DNA of 64,000 bases, from the IMG/VR virus record IMGVR_UViG_2908492839_000003, positions 1 through 64,000 of that record; one strand, written 5' to 3'. The notes under the pieces are model-generated. The model had not been told where the DNA came from and ran no database searches. It saw only the letters and a program-made list of their open reading frames with translations. This DNA is from an uncultured virus (IMG/VR IMGVR_UViG_2908492839_000003) (lineage: Duplodnaviria; Heunggongvirae; Uroviricota; Caudoviricetes). Of this stretch, positions 1 through 9,308 are shown one piece after another (position 1 is the first letter of the stretch; each line of letters begins with the position of its first letter). The position numbers were made by a program, and so were the translations under genes.

Positions 1-855
1 TCAGTCGTGCAGGTGTTCGGCGGCGTGCAGGGTATTTTCCAGCAGGCAGGCGCGGGTCATCGGCCCGACGCCGCCCGGCACCGGGGTGATCCAGCTGGCG
101 CGTTGCGCTGCCACTTCGTATTCCACGTCGCCGACCAGGCGGCCGTCGGCCTGGCGGTTGATGCCGACGTCGATGACGATGGCGCCTTCCTTGATCCACT
201 CGCCCTTGACCAGTCCCGGCTTGCCGGCAGCGACCACCACCAGGTCGGCGCGCGACACATGGTCGGCCAGGTCGCGGGTGAAGCGGTGGGTCACGGTGAC
301 GGTGCAGCCACCCAGCAGCAACTCCAGAGCCATGGGCCGGCCGACGATGTTCGAGGCGCCGACCACGACCGCATCCATGCCGTACAGGTCGGCGCCGGTG
401 CTGGCGAGCAGGGTCATGATGCCTTTCGGGGTGCAGGGGCGCAGGAGGGGCATGCGCTGGGCCAGGCGGCCGATGTTGTAGGGATGGAAACCGTCCACGT
501 CCTTGTCCGGGTGGATGCGCTCCAGCAGCAGGGAGGCGTCCAGGTGGGCGGGCAGGGGTAGCTGGACCAGGATGCCGTCGATGGCGGGGTCGTCGTTCAG
601 GCGGTCGATCAGGGCCAGCAGGTCGTCCTGGCTGGTTTCGGCGGGAAGATCGTAGGCCTGGGAGAGAAAGCCGACTTCCTCGCAGTCCTTGCGCTTGTGC
701 GCCACATAGACCTGAGAGGCCGGATCGGTGCCGACCAGGATCACCGCCAGGCCGGGAACGCGCAGGCCTTGCTGGCGGCGCTCGGTCACGCGTTGGGCTA
801 TCTGCTGGCGAAGGTTGGCGGCGATCGCTTTGCCGTCGATCAGTTGTGCGGTCAT
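1..855 (-). CDS. folD: Bifunctional methylenetetrahydrofolate dehydrogenase/cyclohydrolase
   Basis: [31 protein letters not shown] and [11 protein letters not shown] motifs. Confidence 0.98.
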
Positions 856-987
856 GTCGGAAGGGTAACCATCGAATCGGGTGGAAAAAGGACGCGCATT
901 TTCGCATGGACGCCGCCCGGGGCAAAGGAGGCGACCCGTGGATTTGCCGTAACTCCTTTATATAGCTGAATTTTTTTAAAAAACCCG

Positions 988-1016
988 TTGACGGCCTTTC
1001 GCCCCCTGTATAACAT
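988..1016 (+). promoter_or_regulatory. Sigma70 promoter of tRNA operon
   Basis: TTGACG-17 bp-TAACAT, GC-rich discriminator, AT-rich UP element upstream. Confidence 0.75.
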
Positions 1017-1133
1017 GCGCCCCGCTTGCCGAGCACAGCCGGACGCAGGGTAAGAGGTAAAGCAAGTCGGTTGCTGACTTTGTGATTGCCAGAGCTTAAA
1101 GTTTGCGCTCAGCATTGAATGCAGATGAATAAA

Positions 1134-1210
1134 GCGCCCGTAGCTCAGCTGGATAGAGCATCCGCCTTCTAAGCGGATGGTCGCAGGTTCGAGTCCTGCC
1201 GGGTGCGCCA
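1134..1210 (+). tRNA. tRNA-Arg(TCT)
   Basis: Cloverleaf; anticodon arm TCCGC-CTTCTAA-GCGGA; GGTTCGAGTCC; CCA end. Confidence 0.97.
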
Positions 1211-1260
1211 TTCGGCGAATCGGCAAGAAGCAGGCGATGTTTTACCGCAAGTCGTAATAT

Positions 1261-1337
1261 GGTGGGCGTAGCTCAGTTGGTAGAGCACAGGATTGTGGCT
1301 CCTGGTGTCGTGGGTTCGATTCCCATCGTCCACCCCA
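1261..1337 (+). tRNA. tRNA-His(GTG)
   Basis: G-1, GTG anticodon, GGTTCGATTCC, CCA end. Confidence 0.97.
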
Positions 1338-1391
1338 TATTCCGAAGCGCCAGGCCCGGGGCCTGGCGTTTTCATTTCCAAGCAGTGTCCC

Positions 1392-1476
1392 GCGGACGTG
1401 GTGGAATTGGTAGACACACTGGATTTAGGTTCCAGCGCCGCAAGGCGTGAGAGTTCGAGTCTCTCCGTCCGCACCA
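1392..1476 (+). tRNA. tRNA-Leu(TAG); probable attL of prophage 1
   Basis: 85 nt, long variable arm, TAG anticodon, CCA; integrase stop 10 bp downstream. Confidence 0.96.
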
Positions 1477-1483
1477 CCTTCTA

Positions 1484-1496
1484 AATCAAGTGTTTA
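1484..1496 (+). promoter_or_regulatory. IHF-like site in att region
   Basis: AATCAAGTGTTTA matches WATCAANNNNTTR next to the tRNA 3' end. Confidence 0.5.
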
Positions 1497-2595
1497 CGAG
1501 CTTCAGCGGCCCTCCATGTAGATGCGCTGGATTATCAGCGTGAACAGAACGTGAAATGCGGCCTTCACGGACTTGATCAAGAACCCCAACAGCATCCCTT
1601 ACTCTGGCCGGAGCAAGGTGGGCATATCGTTCAGTCATCGCGACTGTCGAGTGTCCGAGCAGATCCCGAACATCCGCCAACGGAACGCCTGCGCTTACCA
1701 GCCATGCCGCGCAGGTGTGGCGCAGGTCGTGAATCGTAAAGTCCGCAATCTTCGCTGCCTGGCAGGCCTGCTTGAAGCCGGCTGATAGCGAAACCACTCG
1801 ATCACCGTTAGCGCGCGCAAAGACCCAGGGGCATTCCGGACTGGTCTCGGATCTGAATGCCATTCGTCGCTTTAACGCTGCCATCGCACCTTCGTTGATC
1901 GGTATGCTCCGGCGCTTGCCTGCCTTCGTGTGGGATGCCTCCAAGTAGATCAGTCGATTGGCGAAATCCACTCTGCGCCACTCCAGGCCAAGCATTTCCT
2001 CCCGCCGGCATCCGGTGTTTACCGCTAGGCGGATGAAATCCTCGAGCATCGGGCCAAACTTCTGGACGCGCGCGGCGCGGCACAGGGCCTCGACCTCCGC
2101 CCTGGTCAGCCAACGATCACGTCCCTCGGCTTCGCGCATCTTCCGCCCCTTCACCGGGTTAGGAAGGGCCCACTCCAGTTCTGTGTTGCAGTGGTTGATC
2201 GCCGCGGACAGTGCGGCGAGTTCTCGGTTGATGGTTGCCGGGGATGCGCCGGCATCCAACCGATGCGCTCCGTATCCCCGGATGTCCTGGCCCCCTAGAT
2301 CGTTGACCACGCGTCCGGCAAAATACTCGCGCAGCGGCTTTATGCGGTGCACGGTCGTTTCGTAGCTGCGCTGATGCTGGCGAGCGTGCTGCAGGTACGG
2401 AATGATCACCTCCTCAAAGGTCCTGGGCGGATTAACGCCCATTTCCTTTTCCTTCCACGCTTTCGCGCGCTCCTGTTGCTCTAGTGCTTTCGCCGCCGAG
2501 TAGTCGGCAGTTCCAGAAGAGCGTCTAACAAGCTTTCCTGTTGCTGATTTGAAAGAGATCCACCAGTAGGCGGAGTCGTTTCTCTTGTACGGCAT
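1486..2595 (-). CDS. int: Tyrosine recombinase (integrase)
   Basis: TGCRREE, HDLRHT, LLGH and RYAH catalytic motifs. Confidence 0.96.
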   Translation of the reverse strand: MPYKRNDSAYWWISFKSATGKLVRRSSGTADYSAAKALEQQERAKAWKEKEMGVNPPRTFEEVIIPYLQHARQHQRSYETTVHRIKPLREYFAGRVVNDLGGQDIRGYGAHRLDAGASPATINRELAALSAAINHCNTELEWALPNPVKGRKMREAEGRDRWLTRAEVEALCRAARVQKFGPMLEDFIRLAVNTGCRREEMLGLEWRRVDFANRLIYLEASHTKAGKRRSIPINEGAMAALKRRMAFRSETSPECPWVFARANGDRVVSLSAGFKQACQAAKIADFTIHDLRHTCAAWLVSAGVPLADVRDLLGHSTVAMTERYAHLAPARVRDAVGVLDQVREGRISRSVHADNPAHLHGGPLKLVNT

Positions 2596-2795
2596 ACTTC
2601 CTCCGGTACGCCGACCGCGTCGCGCATGCTAGCAGCGGCTTCCTCTTCAAGCATCTGTTCGAGCTTTTCCTTGTGGACTCGGATGGTCTTTTTGAACCTG
2701 ACCACCGGGATCAGCTTTTCGTCCGCGTAGCGGTACGCGGTCCTGCGGCTCACGCCGAGAATGCCGGCGGCCGCCTCAACTGAAATCAAAGACAT
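2481..2795 (-). CDS. xis: Excisionase-like HTH protein
   Basis: SVEAAAGILGVSRRTAYRY HTH_17-like motif; overlaps int 5' end. Confidence 0.8.
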   Translation of the reverse strand: MSLISVEAAAGILGVSRRTAYRYADEKLIPVVRFKKTIRVHKEKLEQMLEEEAAASMRDAVGVPEEVCRTRETTPPTGGSLSNQQQESLLDALLELPTTRRRKH

Positions 2796-2973
2796 AGCGA
2801 GACCTTGGCCGATCAACGGCATCGGGTTGGCGGGTAGAATTCGTGGAGGCTTGGCCGGGCAGGGCGCCCGCATCGGGCAATATGGGGGTTAACTGCTCGG
2901 TCAGGCCTTCTGGTAGGATTTGAACGCCCAGCCGGGCGGGCCTCAGGAAGAGGCCCTAGTGGGCCCGGCTGGG

Positions 2974-3444
2974 CTACTTGATCTTGATTTCGCCGTTGAA
3001 CGGGATAAGGAGTTCCCGGAACTCACGCATCTCAGGGACGGTTACGCCGTATCCGAGCAGTTCCCCGTCCTCTCTGATGAACATGTGGGCGTCGATGCGC
3101 AGCCTCAGATGCTCCAGGGCCTGAAGCCGTTCGGCGTGGCTGAGCGTCGACAGTAGCGACTTCCATGCGAACTCTGCGCTGCGATCCACATAGTCTCCGA
3201 ACTTGTCCCTCTCGAAAGAGCGGCGAGGAAACTTTCCCTTGTTCGTTTCTTCGAACATAGCGCGGAGGTTCGTGCCTTGCCTTGCTGATGGCCCTGACTC
3301 AAACAAATCCACCGCCAGTTTGCATCCATCCCAGGCAGCCTGTGTGTGGCTGTCCGAATATCGGATGTCGCCCCAGGCGTCAACATAGGCGGTCAGGTCG
3401 AATACGCCGGCCATGCGTTTCTCGAATTCCTCCCGTTTCATCAC
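2974..3444 (-). CDS. Phage hypothetical protein
   Basis: Coupled ORF in pL operon with RBS. Confidence 0.7.
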   Translation of the reverse strand: MMKREEFEKRMAGVFDLTAYVDAWGDIRYSDSHTQAAWDGCKLAVDLFESGPSARQGTNLRAMFEETNKGKFPRRSFERDKFGDYVDRSAEFAWKSLLSTLSHAERLQALEHLRLRIDAHMFIREDGELLGYGVTVPEMREFRELLIPFNGEIKIK

Positions 3445-3701
3445 TCCGTACCTCCAACCTTCCTGGCCTTTAGCATGGCGTCGGCGGTCTCATAAGCTAC
3501 TGCGGCCATGTCACTGATGACGTCACTTCCGCTATGAAACCTGCCGACCATGGTCTCGTTCCAAAGAACCTGCTGAAGCCCGCAGATAACTTGCGCCGCG
3601 AAGTAGTCTCGTAGCGACATTCCGCTTTGAGGCCCAAAGCCTTGGTTAGGAGTTCTGCTGTATGGCCTTGGAAACGCTGGCCCGCCATTGTCTTTCATCA
3701 T
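3441..3701 (-). CDS. Conserved phage protein (GGPAFP/GMSLRDYFAA family)
   Basis: Recognisable motifs including ADAMLKAR. Confidence 0.8.
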   Translation of the reverse strand: MMKDNGGPAFPRPYSRTPNQGFGPQSGMSLRDYFAAQVICGLQQVLWNETMVGRFHSGSDVISDMAAVAYETADAMLKARKVGGTE

Positions 3702-3991
3702 TCCCCACCTCCCATAGACTTTCCGATCTCGGCGGCGGTGCGCAGGATTGCTTTGCGTGTGGCGTATGCTTCTCCGTACGACAAAGCATCTGCGTTATAT
3801 GCCGGTCCTTTCAGGATTTCATGTAGACGTTTGTGCAGCCCTGTAGAGACCGCCAGCCTCAGCGCGTCGCCATCGTCATCACGCGGGTTCCAGTAATATT
3901 CAACCCCAGTACTGAAATTGATCGGTTCAGCCAAGACTGGATCAATCCCCGCCGCCCGCGCCGCCAGTTCGAGTAGTTCGCGGTCGTTCAT
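3698..3991 (-). CDS. Conserved phage protein
   Basis: MNDRELLELAARAAG...WNPRDDDGDALRLAV family motif. Confidence 0.8.
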   Translation of the reverse strand: MNDRELLELAARAAGIDPVLAEPINFSTGVEYYWNPRDDDGDALRLAVSTGLHKRLHEILKGPAYNADALSYGEAYATRKAILRTAAEIGKSMGGGE

Positions 3992-4527
3992 TGCGTTGCT
4001 CCTTTGAATAGGGTGCGCAGGTCTTCCATGACCTCAACCGCGACGCCCTCTTTGTTGTACTGGTCTGCATAGTCGTATGCGTTGAGGATTGCGCGCATGC
4101 CCAATAGAAGCGCCTCGTTCTCCGCCTTGAGCCTGTCGCGCTCTTCGGCTCTACGCTTGGCGGCCTCGCGCCAATACCCACATCCGCCCGGATGCTCGGT
4201 GCATGCGGATAGTTCGTCGCTCAGCCTGTCGATCTCGTCCAGCAGGGCGAGGACGGTCTTGGGGTTGGCGGCGGCCATGAATGCGGCGTTGTTTCGCAGT
4301 TCTTCTTCATGCATCCAGCTTTGCCAGCAGGCCATGGCTATCTGCTGCTGCGCTGCACCGTTCGTGAACTCAAGAGTTGGTCCTCCCACAATTGCCCAGT
4401 GGCGATTGCAACTCCACGGCCCAGGCGTTGCCGCCTTAGCCCGCCTCCGCAGCTCTGCGCGATCGGTCATGATCTGGTCCGCCTGCTTCACGCTTTCCAG
4501 CAGTTCGTTGAAAAGTGGCTCATCCAT
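3988..4527 (-). CDS. Ead/Ea22-like protein
   Basis: AKAATPGPW...NAAFMAAANPKTVLALLDE motif; start may be internal (MTDRAEL). Confidence 0.8.
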   Translation of the reverse strand: MDEPLFNELLESVKQADQIMTDRAELRRRAKAATPGPWSCNRHWAIVGGPTLEFTNGAAQQQIAMACWQSWMHEEELRNNAAFMAAANPKTVLALLDEIDRLSDELSACTEHPGGCGYWREAAKRRAEERDRLKAENEALLLGMRAILNAYDYADQYNKEGVAVEVMEDLRTLFKGATQ

Positions 4528-4804
4528 TCTGCTTCACCTCGATTCCGGCTTGCTGGAGGGCTTCGGTCACGCGCTCAAGGCAGTCGTTGAAGCCGGCAGA
4601 TCTTGGATTCTCATCGTCTCCGGTCGAGTTCAACGGATCGCGACGCTCCGGCAACTCCACCCTCAGAGCCGCGCGGCTGGCTTTCCAGGCCTGCCAGCAC
4701 TCATCTGTGCATCTGGCGGCGTAGTCGGTGACAACACCGTCACGATGAATCGGCATCCGGTGCTTGGTTGCCCACGCTTCAAACTCTTCTCTCATGTCAG
4801 GCAC
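4520..4804 (-). CDS. Phage hypothetical protein
   Basis: REEFEAW...WQAWKASRAAL motif. Confidence 0.75.
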   Translation of the reverse strand: MPDMREEFEAWATKHRMPIHRDGVVTDYAARCTDECWQAWKASRAALRVELPERRDPLNSTGDDENPRSAGFNDCLERVTEALQQAGIEVKQNG

Positions 4805-4992
4805 GGTCAGACTCCTCTGAACGGATCACCTTGTTCATATCTCGCTTCATCGCGTTGACCTTGTTCTGGAGTTCGTTCCACTCCGGGTCATTCAGCGAAA
4901 AGTCCTCCTGCTTGTGCATCTTCCGCTCCAGCCAGAGGGTGAAGCGCAACAGCATTCTGGTGAGTGGGAATCGGTTCACTGCTTGCTCCATC
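4797..4992 (-). CDS. Small phage hypothetical protein
   Basis: Coupled ORF; start uncertain. Confidence 0.5.
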
Positions 4993-5122
4993 TGCTCAAC
5001 TCCTGTCCTTTCAGTTCTGTCTGCTCGTAGAGGTGCTGGAAGTCCCCGACTATCCGGAAGATGCCGAAGACGATCAGCGCGATGACCAGCAGCGCGACCA
5101 GGGTTTCGTTTTCGTTGTCCAC
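4976..5122 (-). CDS. 48-aa single-TM protein (not in ORF track)
   Basis: GGAGG RBS plus GTG; MDNENETLVALLVIALIVFGIFRIVGDF... Confidence 0.65.
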   Translation of the reverse strand: MDNENETLVALLVIALIVFGIFRIVGDFQHLYEQTELKGQELSRWSKQ

Positions 5123-5270
5123 GGTTGGTCCTCCGGGGTCGGATTCGTTGGTTTGGGGCGGCGGGCTCCTGGCCCAAAATCGGCCAGTTTTTGTGCTGAA
5201 ACCCAGCAGGAATGCGGGTCTCAGCCTGACCGAAGGTGGCGGTGGCGATGCCGGGATTCCGGCATCGGTA

Positions 5271-5561
5271 TCAGTCTCCCGCAGCTTTGGCGATCAGGTG
5301 CATGAGCATTTCGCGCAGCACCTCGCGGTCCAGCACTTCGCGAGACCGCGCATACTCGTCTGCCTGACGCAACACTGCCTCTATCTCGATGTTGAACATC
5401 GGCGAGAGCACGTCTGGCTCGCACTGTTCGAGCAGCAACTGGATTGCGCGGGTCGGGTGCGCCATGGTGATGCCGAGCCAGTTGTAGGCCGAGGCAGTGC
5501 GGTAGTAGCGAAGGCCGGCGATCTCATGCCGGCGCGGCGGGCGGAAGGGTTTCGTGCGCAT
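5271..5561 (-). CDS. SOS-box-preceded hypothetical protein
   Basis: ORF MRTKPFRPP... directly downstream of LexA box. Confidence 0.7.
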   Translation of the reverse strand: MRTKPFRPPRRHEIAGLRYYRTASAYNWLGITMAHPTRAIQLLLEQCEPDVLSPMFNIEIEAVLRQADEYARSREVLDREVLREMLMHLIAKAAGD

Positions 5562-5599
5562 ATGCAATCCGGGTAGTGGGTAGCCCATTATCCGAATTG

Positions 5600-5615
5600 C
5601 TGTATATGCGTACAG
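5600..5615. promoter_or_regulatory. LexA (SOS) box
   Basis: CTGTATATGCGTACAG = CTG-N10-CAG, intergenic. Confidence 0.8.
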
Positions 5616-5675
5616 TGGTTGGCGATGGGTGGCTATGCTTGCTCGCTCAGCAGGGCGCGCAGGTCGTTCGCAATT

Positions 5676-5762
5676 TCAAGCATTTTCTTCGCGCGTGTCG
5701 TGGCTGCTCACCAGGCGCATCGAGCATCCGCAGAACGGACACGGTTTCAGTTCTTCAGCCAT
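5676..5762 (-). pseudogene. Truncated Lar-like (restriction alleviation) gene
   Basis: MAEELKPCPFCG then stop after 28 aa; second CxxC absent. Confidence 0.55.
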
Positions 5763-5952
5763 TGGACTTCCTCCTGCGGGAAAGACGCCAGAGCCGCCAG
5801 ATGACGATTGGTGCGCCTATGGAGACGGCAATCCAGTTTATCGGCCACCACCAGACCAATGATCTGCGGGTGATGCATTGGTCTCCGACGTAGACAGGAA
5901 GGCCGTGATAGGAGAAAAGGGTCAGGTATTTTTCGAACCTCAGAACAATCAT
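5755..5952 (-). CDS. Small membrane protein
   Basis: Trp-rich hydrophobic segment with basic tail; coupled to neighbours. Confidence 0.55.
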   Translation of the reverse strand: MIVLRFEKYLTLFSYHGLPVYVGDQCITRRSLVWWWPINWIAVSIGAPIVIWRLWRLSRRRKSNG

Positions 5953-6488
5953 TTGCTCTTCTCCGTATCGATCAGCGCTCTGCACACGGGGCAGTCCGGA
6001 TCGCGCGTTTCGTGCCCTTCGAGACCATCAGGGCAATGCCCGTTGTTCAGGTGCCCAACCTCCCCGGTAGCGAACCGGCGCAGGGTGTCGAGCGCGTCCG
6101 CGCTGACCGTCTTGCCGTTGAGGCGCGCCAGTTCGTCGAGGCAGGCGTTCCAAATTTCGCGCGCATGGTGGTAACTGACGTCACCGTCGCAACCGATTTC
6201 GCGCAACATCCTGCTGATACTGTCGCCGTTCGTCAGGCGCTCCGGCACAACCACCACCCTTGCGCGCAGTGTCGCGAGTTCGGCGCGAAGTTCCTCGATC
6301 TCCATCTCCATGCCGCCGCACTGCTGGCGGGCAGCATCTCCCTTTGCCGCCGCGTCCTCGGCCATGGCTAGTTTGGCGGCGAGGGCGTCGTAGTCGGAGG
6401 CCAGGACGACCTCATACCCCATTACTGCCTGCTCGCCCTGGGTCAAAGAGCGCATGCTCGGCACGTCGAGCCGCTCCACCTCACTCAT
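5949..6488 (-). CDS. Phage hypothetical protein
   Basis: VLASDYDAL motif; C-terminal CPxC. Confidence 0.7.
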   Translation of the reverse strand: MSEVERLDVPSMRSLTQGEQAVMGYEVVLASDYDALAAKLAMAEDAAAKGDAARQQCGGMEMEIEELRAELATLRARVVVVPERLTNGDSISRMLREIGCDGDVSYHHAREIWNACLDELARLNGKTVSADALDTLRRFATGEVGHLNNGHCPDGLEGHETRDPDCPVCRALIDTEKSK

Positions 6489-6765
6489 GACCTACCTCCT
6501 TGCTGGCTGCTCGGCGCCGCTTCATGATCTCTGCTACGCCGTCGGGGTACGTGACTGCCACGGCCCCGGCTGCGAGAGCTGCTGATTTCTTCGACAGGCA
6601 GATATCGAAGTGCTCCTTGATGGTCCCGGCATGCTGAATCCACTTCCGCTGAACACCGATCTTGTCTGCCATTGCGAGCAGTTCCTCGGTCGTGTCCGCG
6701 AGCATGTGGCACATCTTCATGCGGCCAAACGTTGCGTTCATGTCGTCGACGTAAACGGCCATCAC
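6481..6765 (-). CDS. DUF4031 family protein
   Basis: MAVYVDD...CHMLADTTEEL...HFDI. Confidence 0.8.
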   Translation of the reverse strand: MMAVYVDDMNATFGRMKMCHMLADTTEELLAMADKIGVQRKWIQHAGTIKEHFDICLSKKSAALAAGAVAVTYPDGVAEIMKRRRAASKEVGHE

Positions 6766-7817
6766 ACCCCCTCCTGGCCGGGCGCGGCTGCGAGCAGATC
6801 AGCAGCCAACAGGTACAGGACCGATTCTGCGATTCCGCTTTCACCATCGCGGGCGGCGGCGTAACCAGCGCCGTTTTTCAGGTTCATGACGACGATGCGC
6901 TCTGCTGAGCGTTCGATGCGCCACCCCTCCGGCACGCTGTGCTGAGCCTGGGCGGTATCCTCGGCCGCCTTCACGCATGACTTGATCGAGGCCAACAGGT
7001 AGGACCATGCGAAACCGCGCCCCTGGGACGGGCGCAAGCCGAGCGCACGCGCTACGTCATCGCGGCACTGTTTGTCCAGGTCGTGGAGTTGCTGAGCCTG
7101 GGCTACAGGAGCCGCGTAGAGTGGGTAAAACGTATCAGCGGCGCAATCCGGCACCTTCGTGCCCCACTGCACCATCCGCCGCATAGGCGTCTCGCAATAC
7201 TGCGCGAACCACCCAATCGGCTCCTGCTTCTCCAGATCGGCCAGCTTCGCCTCCAGCTCCGCCACCCTGGCCAGGGTGGCGTCGCGCTCTTGCTCAACGC
7301 GATTGAACATTTCTGCCCAACGGCCAACGCTGGCGGCATGCTGCGCGACGGTCATCAGTTCATCGTTTGCATTGAGCGGACCGCACTGATCGAGGACGAC
7401 AGGATTCGGATGCACGACGCGAGCCACCACCTCCGGCCGCTCCGCCTCTGCCTGCTCGGCCTGCGCCGGGGATGGTTGCGATTCAGCGATTACGCTAAGC
7501 ACGCGCCCCTCTTTATCCTGGCGGGTTACCGATACGATGGTGCCGGATTCGTTCTTGGTGACAACAACCTCGCCAGAGGGTTGCGCCAGGGCGGCGCGCT
7601 GGATCGTCTTCAGCGCTTTCCAGTCGTCTACGATGGTCCCGTCATCGCCATAGCGCCGGCGATCCTCAACCCACATGACGGCTCGGTCGAATACGTTCCA
7701 CGGAACCTGGACAATCGGGAACGGGCCCCAGCCGTCCCGCTCCCCCTGCGTGCCCTGCAAGTCGCGCTCATCCCCGCCTGCCTGCTCGGCCAGTGCCTTG
7801 TTCAGTTCCTTGCTCAC
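6762..7817 (-). CDS. Mosaic early phage protein
   Basis: Patchwork of ARVAELE/EPIGW/AQHSVPEGW modules typical of Ea-region genes. Confidence 0.7.
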   Translation of the reverse strand: MSKELNKALAEQAGGDERDLQGTQGERDGWGPFPIVQVPWNVFDRAVMWVEDRRRYGDDGTIVDDWKALKTIQRAALAQPSGEVVVTKNESGTIVSVTRQDKEGRVLSVIAESQPSPAQAEQAEAERPEVVARVVHPNPVVLDQCGPLNANDELMTVAQHAASVGRWAEMFNRVEQERDATLARVAELEAKLADLEKQEPIGWFAQYCETPMRRMVQWGTKVPDCAADTFYPLYAAPVAQAQQLHDLDKQCRDDVARALGLRPSQGRGFAWSYLLASIKSCVKAAEDTAQAQHSVPEGWRIERSAERIVVMNLKNGAGYAAARDGESGIAESVLYLLAADLLAAAPGQEGV

Positions 7818-7984
7818 AATCCCTTCTCCTGCCGCTCAATAGCGGCGATGAATTCGACAATCTCTGTGCTGAGGTCCATGGCGCCAATGCTGTTGTGGAC
7901 CCCGACGTAGCGGTTTGCTCGCTTCAGAAGGAGCACCGCCGTGCGCAGGCCGGAGTCACGCTTGGTCTTCGCCTTGACTTCCAT
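7814..7984 (-). CDS. Small hypothetical protein
   Basis: Coupled ORF, GGAGG RBS. Confidence 0.55.
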   Translation of the reverse strand: MEVKAKTKRDSGLRTAVLLLKRANRYVGVHNSIGAMDLSTEIVEFIAAIERQEKGL

Positions 7985-8159
7985 CACCCACCTCCGGGTA
8001 GACCAGAACACCCTCGGCGCCCTGGGCTTGGTTGATCGCTATCTGCCTCACCGCTCTCGCGAATAGCAGAATGTCGTCTGGGGTCATGAGCTGGCTTTCT
8101 TCAGGCCAGCCGGTGACCGTCACACCGCCCTGGCGGTGATTCGCTGTTAGCTGGTGCAT
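7956..8159 (-). CDS. Small hypothetical protein
   Basis: ORF with RBS in pL operon. Confidence 0.55.
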   Translation of the reverse strand: MHQLTANHRQGGVTVTGWPEESQLMTPDDILLFARAVRQIAINQAQGAEGVLVYPEVGDGSQGEDQA

Positions 8160-8177
8160 TGGGTTATTCCTGTTGGT

Positions 8178-8336
8178 TCAGGGATGGCAGACTTCGACGA
8201 CGCGGTGATAGTCGCCACGGAAGGGCATGGCCTTGTAGCCCTGGTTCATGGGGTAGATTCCCCAGGACTGGCGAGAGCAGGCCGCCATCATCGCCGCGTA
8301 CTTGATGACCTCGATGACGTCTTTCTTGATGTACAT
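8178..8336 (-). CDS. 52-aa hypothetical protein (not in ORF track)
   Basis: MYIKKDVIEVIKYAAMMAAC...; fills the gap in the operon, GAGG RBS. Confidence 0.55.
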   Translation of the reverse strand: MYIKKDVIEVIKYAAMMAACSRQSWGIYPMNQGYKAMPFRGDYHRVVEVCHP

Positions 8337-8346
8337 GACATGGCCC

Positions 8347-8682
8347 TCATGCACCCATCGCCGACTTGATCTGTGCCGAGTGGCTGCGGCTGACGGGAAT
8401 CCAGTTCTCGGTTCCGAGCAGCAGCACTTCGCCGGCCTGGGTGTCGTCGGGCCGGCGCTTGAACATGCTGATCAGAGACCGGCGAACCAGGGCCTTACGG
8501 TGGGTGCGGATGAACTCGGCGGAGAACTCTGTTTCCAGGGTCTTGAGCGCATCGCTCAGAACCAGAAAGCCTTCCCGGTAGTACGCGATGACGTACTTAT
8601 CCTCGGCGACGAAGTGGGTGATCTGCTCAACCGGGATTTCCTTGGAATGTTTGCCGCATGTGGCTTTGAGTACGGTTCTCAT
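8347..8682 (-). CDS. LytTR-domain DNA-binding protein
   Basis: AEDKYV, FIRTHRKALV and IPVSR motifs. Confidence 0.85.
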   Translation of the reverse strand: MRTVLKATCGKHSKEIPVEQITHFVAEDKYVIAYYREGFLVLSDALKTLETEFSAEFIRTHRKALVRRSLISMFKRRPDDTQAGEVLLLGTENWIPVSRSHSAQIKSAMGA

Positions 8683-9305
8683 GCTGCCACCCCCAGCACC
8701 TTCTCCATGCGCTCCTCGAGCAGTTCGTAGAAGGTCTTTACTCGCTCGGACAGCTTGCGTATGTAGGCCTCATCACGGTGGACGCGCACCATGCAAAGTG
8801 GCATGCCTGGCCAGTAGCCGAGGAAGTCGATCCACTCGCGCTCCGAAACCCAAAGGCCTCCATAGCACTGAGCCGCGTGCTCGGAAGGCAGCTCGCCTGC
8901 GATGATCACGCTCACCAGCTTTTCCGGCACCTTGGTTTTCACCTCGATCAGGCCGTTGTCGCCGACTAGGCCATCCGGCGAATAGCCAATTCCGTGGTTG
9001 AGAATGATGCCGACCTGCTGGATCTGATCTGGCTCGGTATCTGTGCGCAGGCAGTACAGATCGCGCACAACCGGCTCAAGCTTGTGACCCCTGGCGCTGC
9101 TACCGTTACCACGCCATGGCTCGGCCTCTGCTCCGGTGATCCGCTCACCAATCAGGCGGTCCATGTATGTGAAAGCGCCAACGCCGAACCCTGCCTGGCC
9201 TTTGCCGTTAACCATCAATACGTCCAGTTCGGAGCAGGTTGCGATTCCGAGGCGCGCGTCAAGCCACTCCTGGGAGCCCTGTTCCAGGTCCTTGAAGATC
9301 TGCAT
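8679..9305 (-). CDS. YqaJ/lambda-type exonuclease
   Basis: QGSQEWLDARLG, SPDGLV, IEVK. Confidence 0.92.
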   Translation of the reverse strand: MQIFKDLEQGSQEWLDARLGIATCSELDVLMVNGKGQAGFGVGAFTYMDRLIGERITGAEAEPWRGNGSSARGHKLEPVVRDLYCLRTDTEPDQIQQVGIILNHGIGYSPDGLVGDNGLIEVKTKVPEKLVSVIIAGELPSEHAAQCYGGLWVSEREWIDFLGYWPGMPLCMVRVHRDEAYIRKLSERVKTFYELLEERMEKVLGVAA

Positions 9306-9308
9306 GAT

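Noticed and set aside
852..1484. ORFs overlapping the tRNA cluster
   Set aside because: Spurious translations of tRNA genes.
6481..6765. YVDD as reverse transcriptase motif for the DGR
   Set aside because: 94-aa DUF4031-type protein with the motif at the extreme N-terminus; no other RT motifs.
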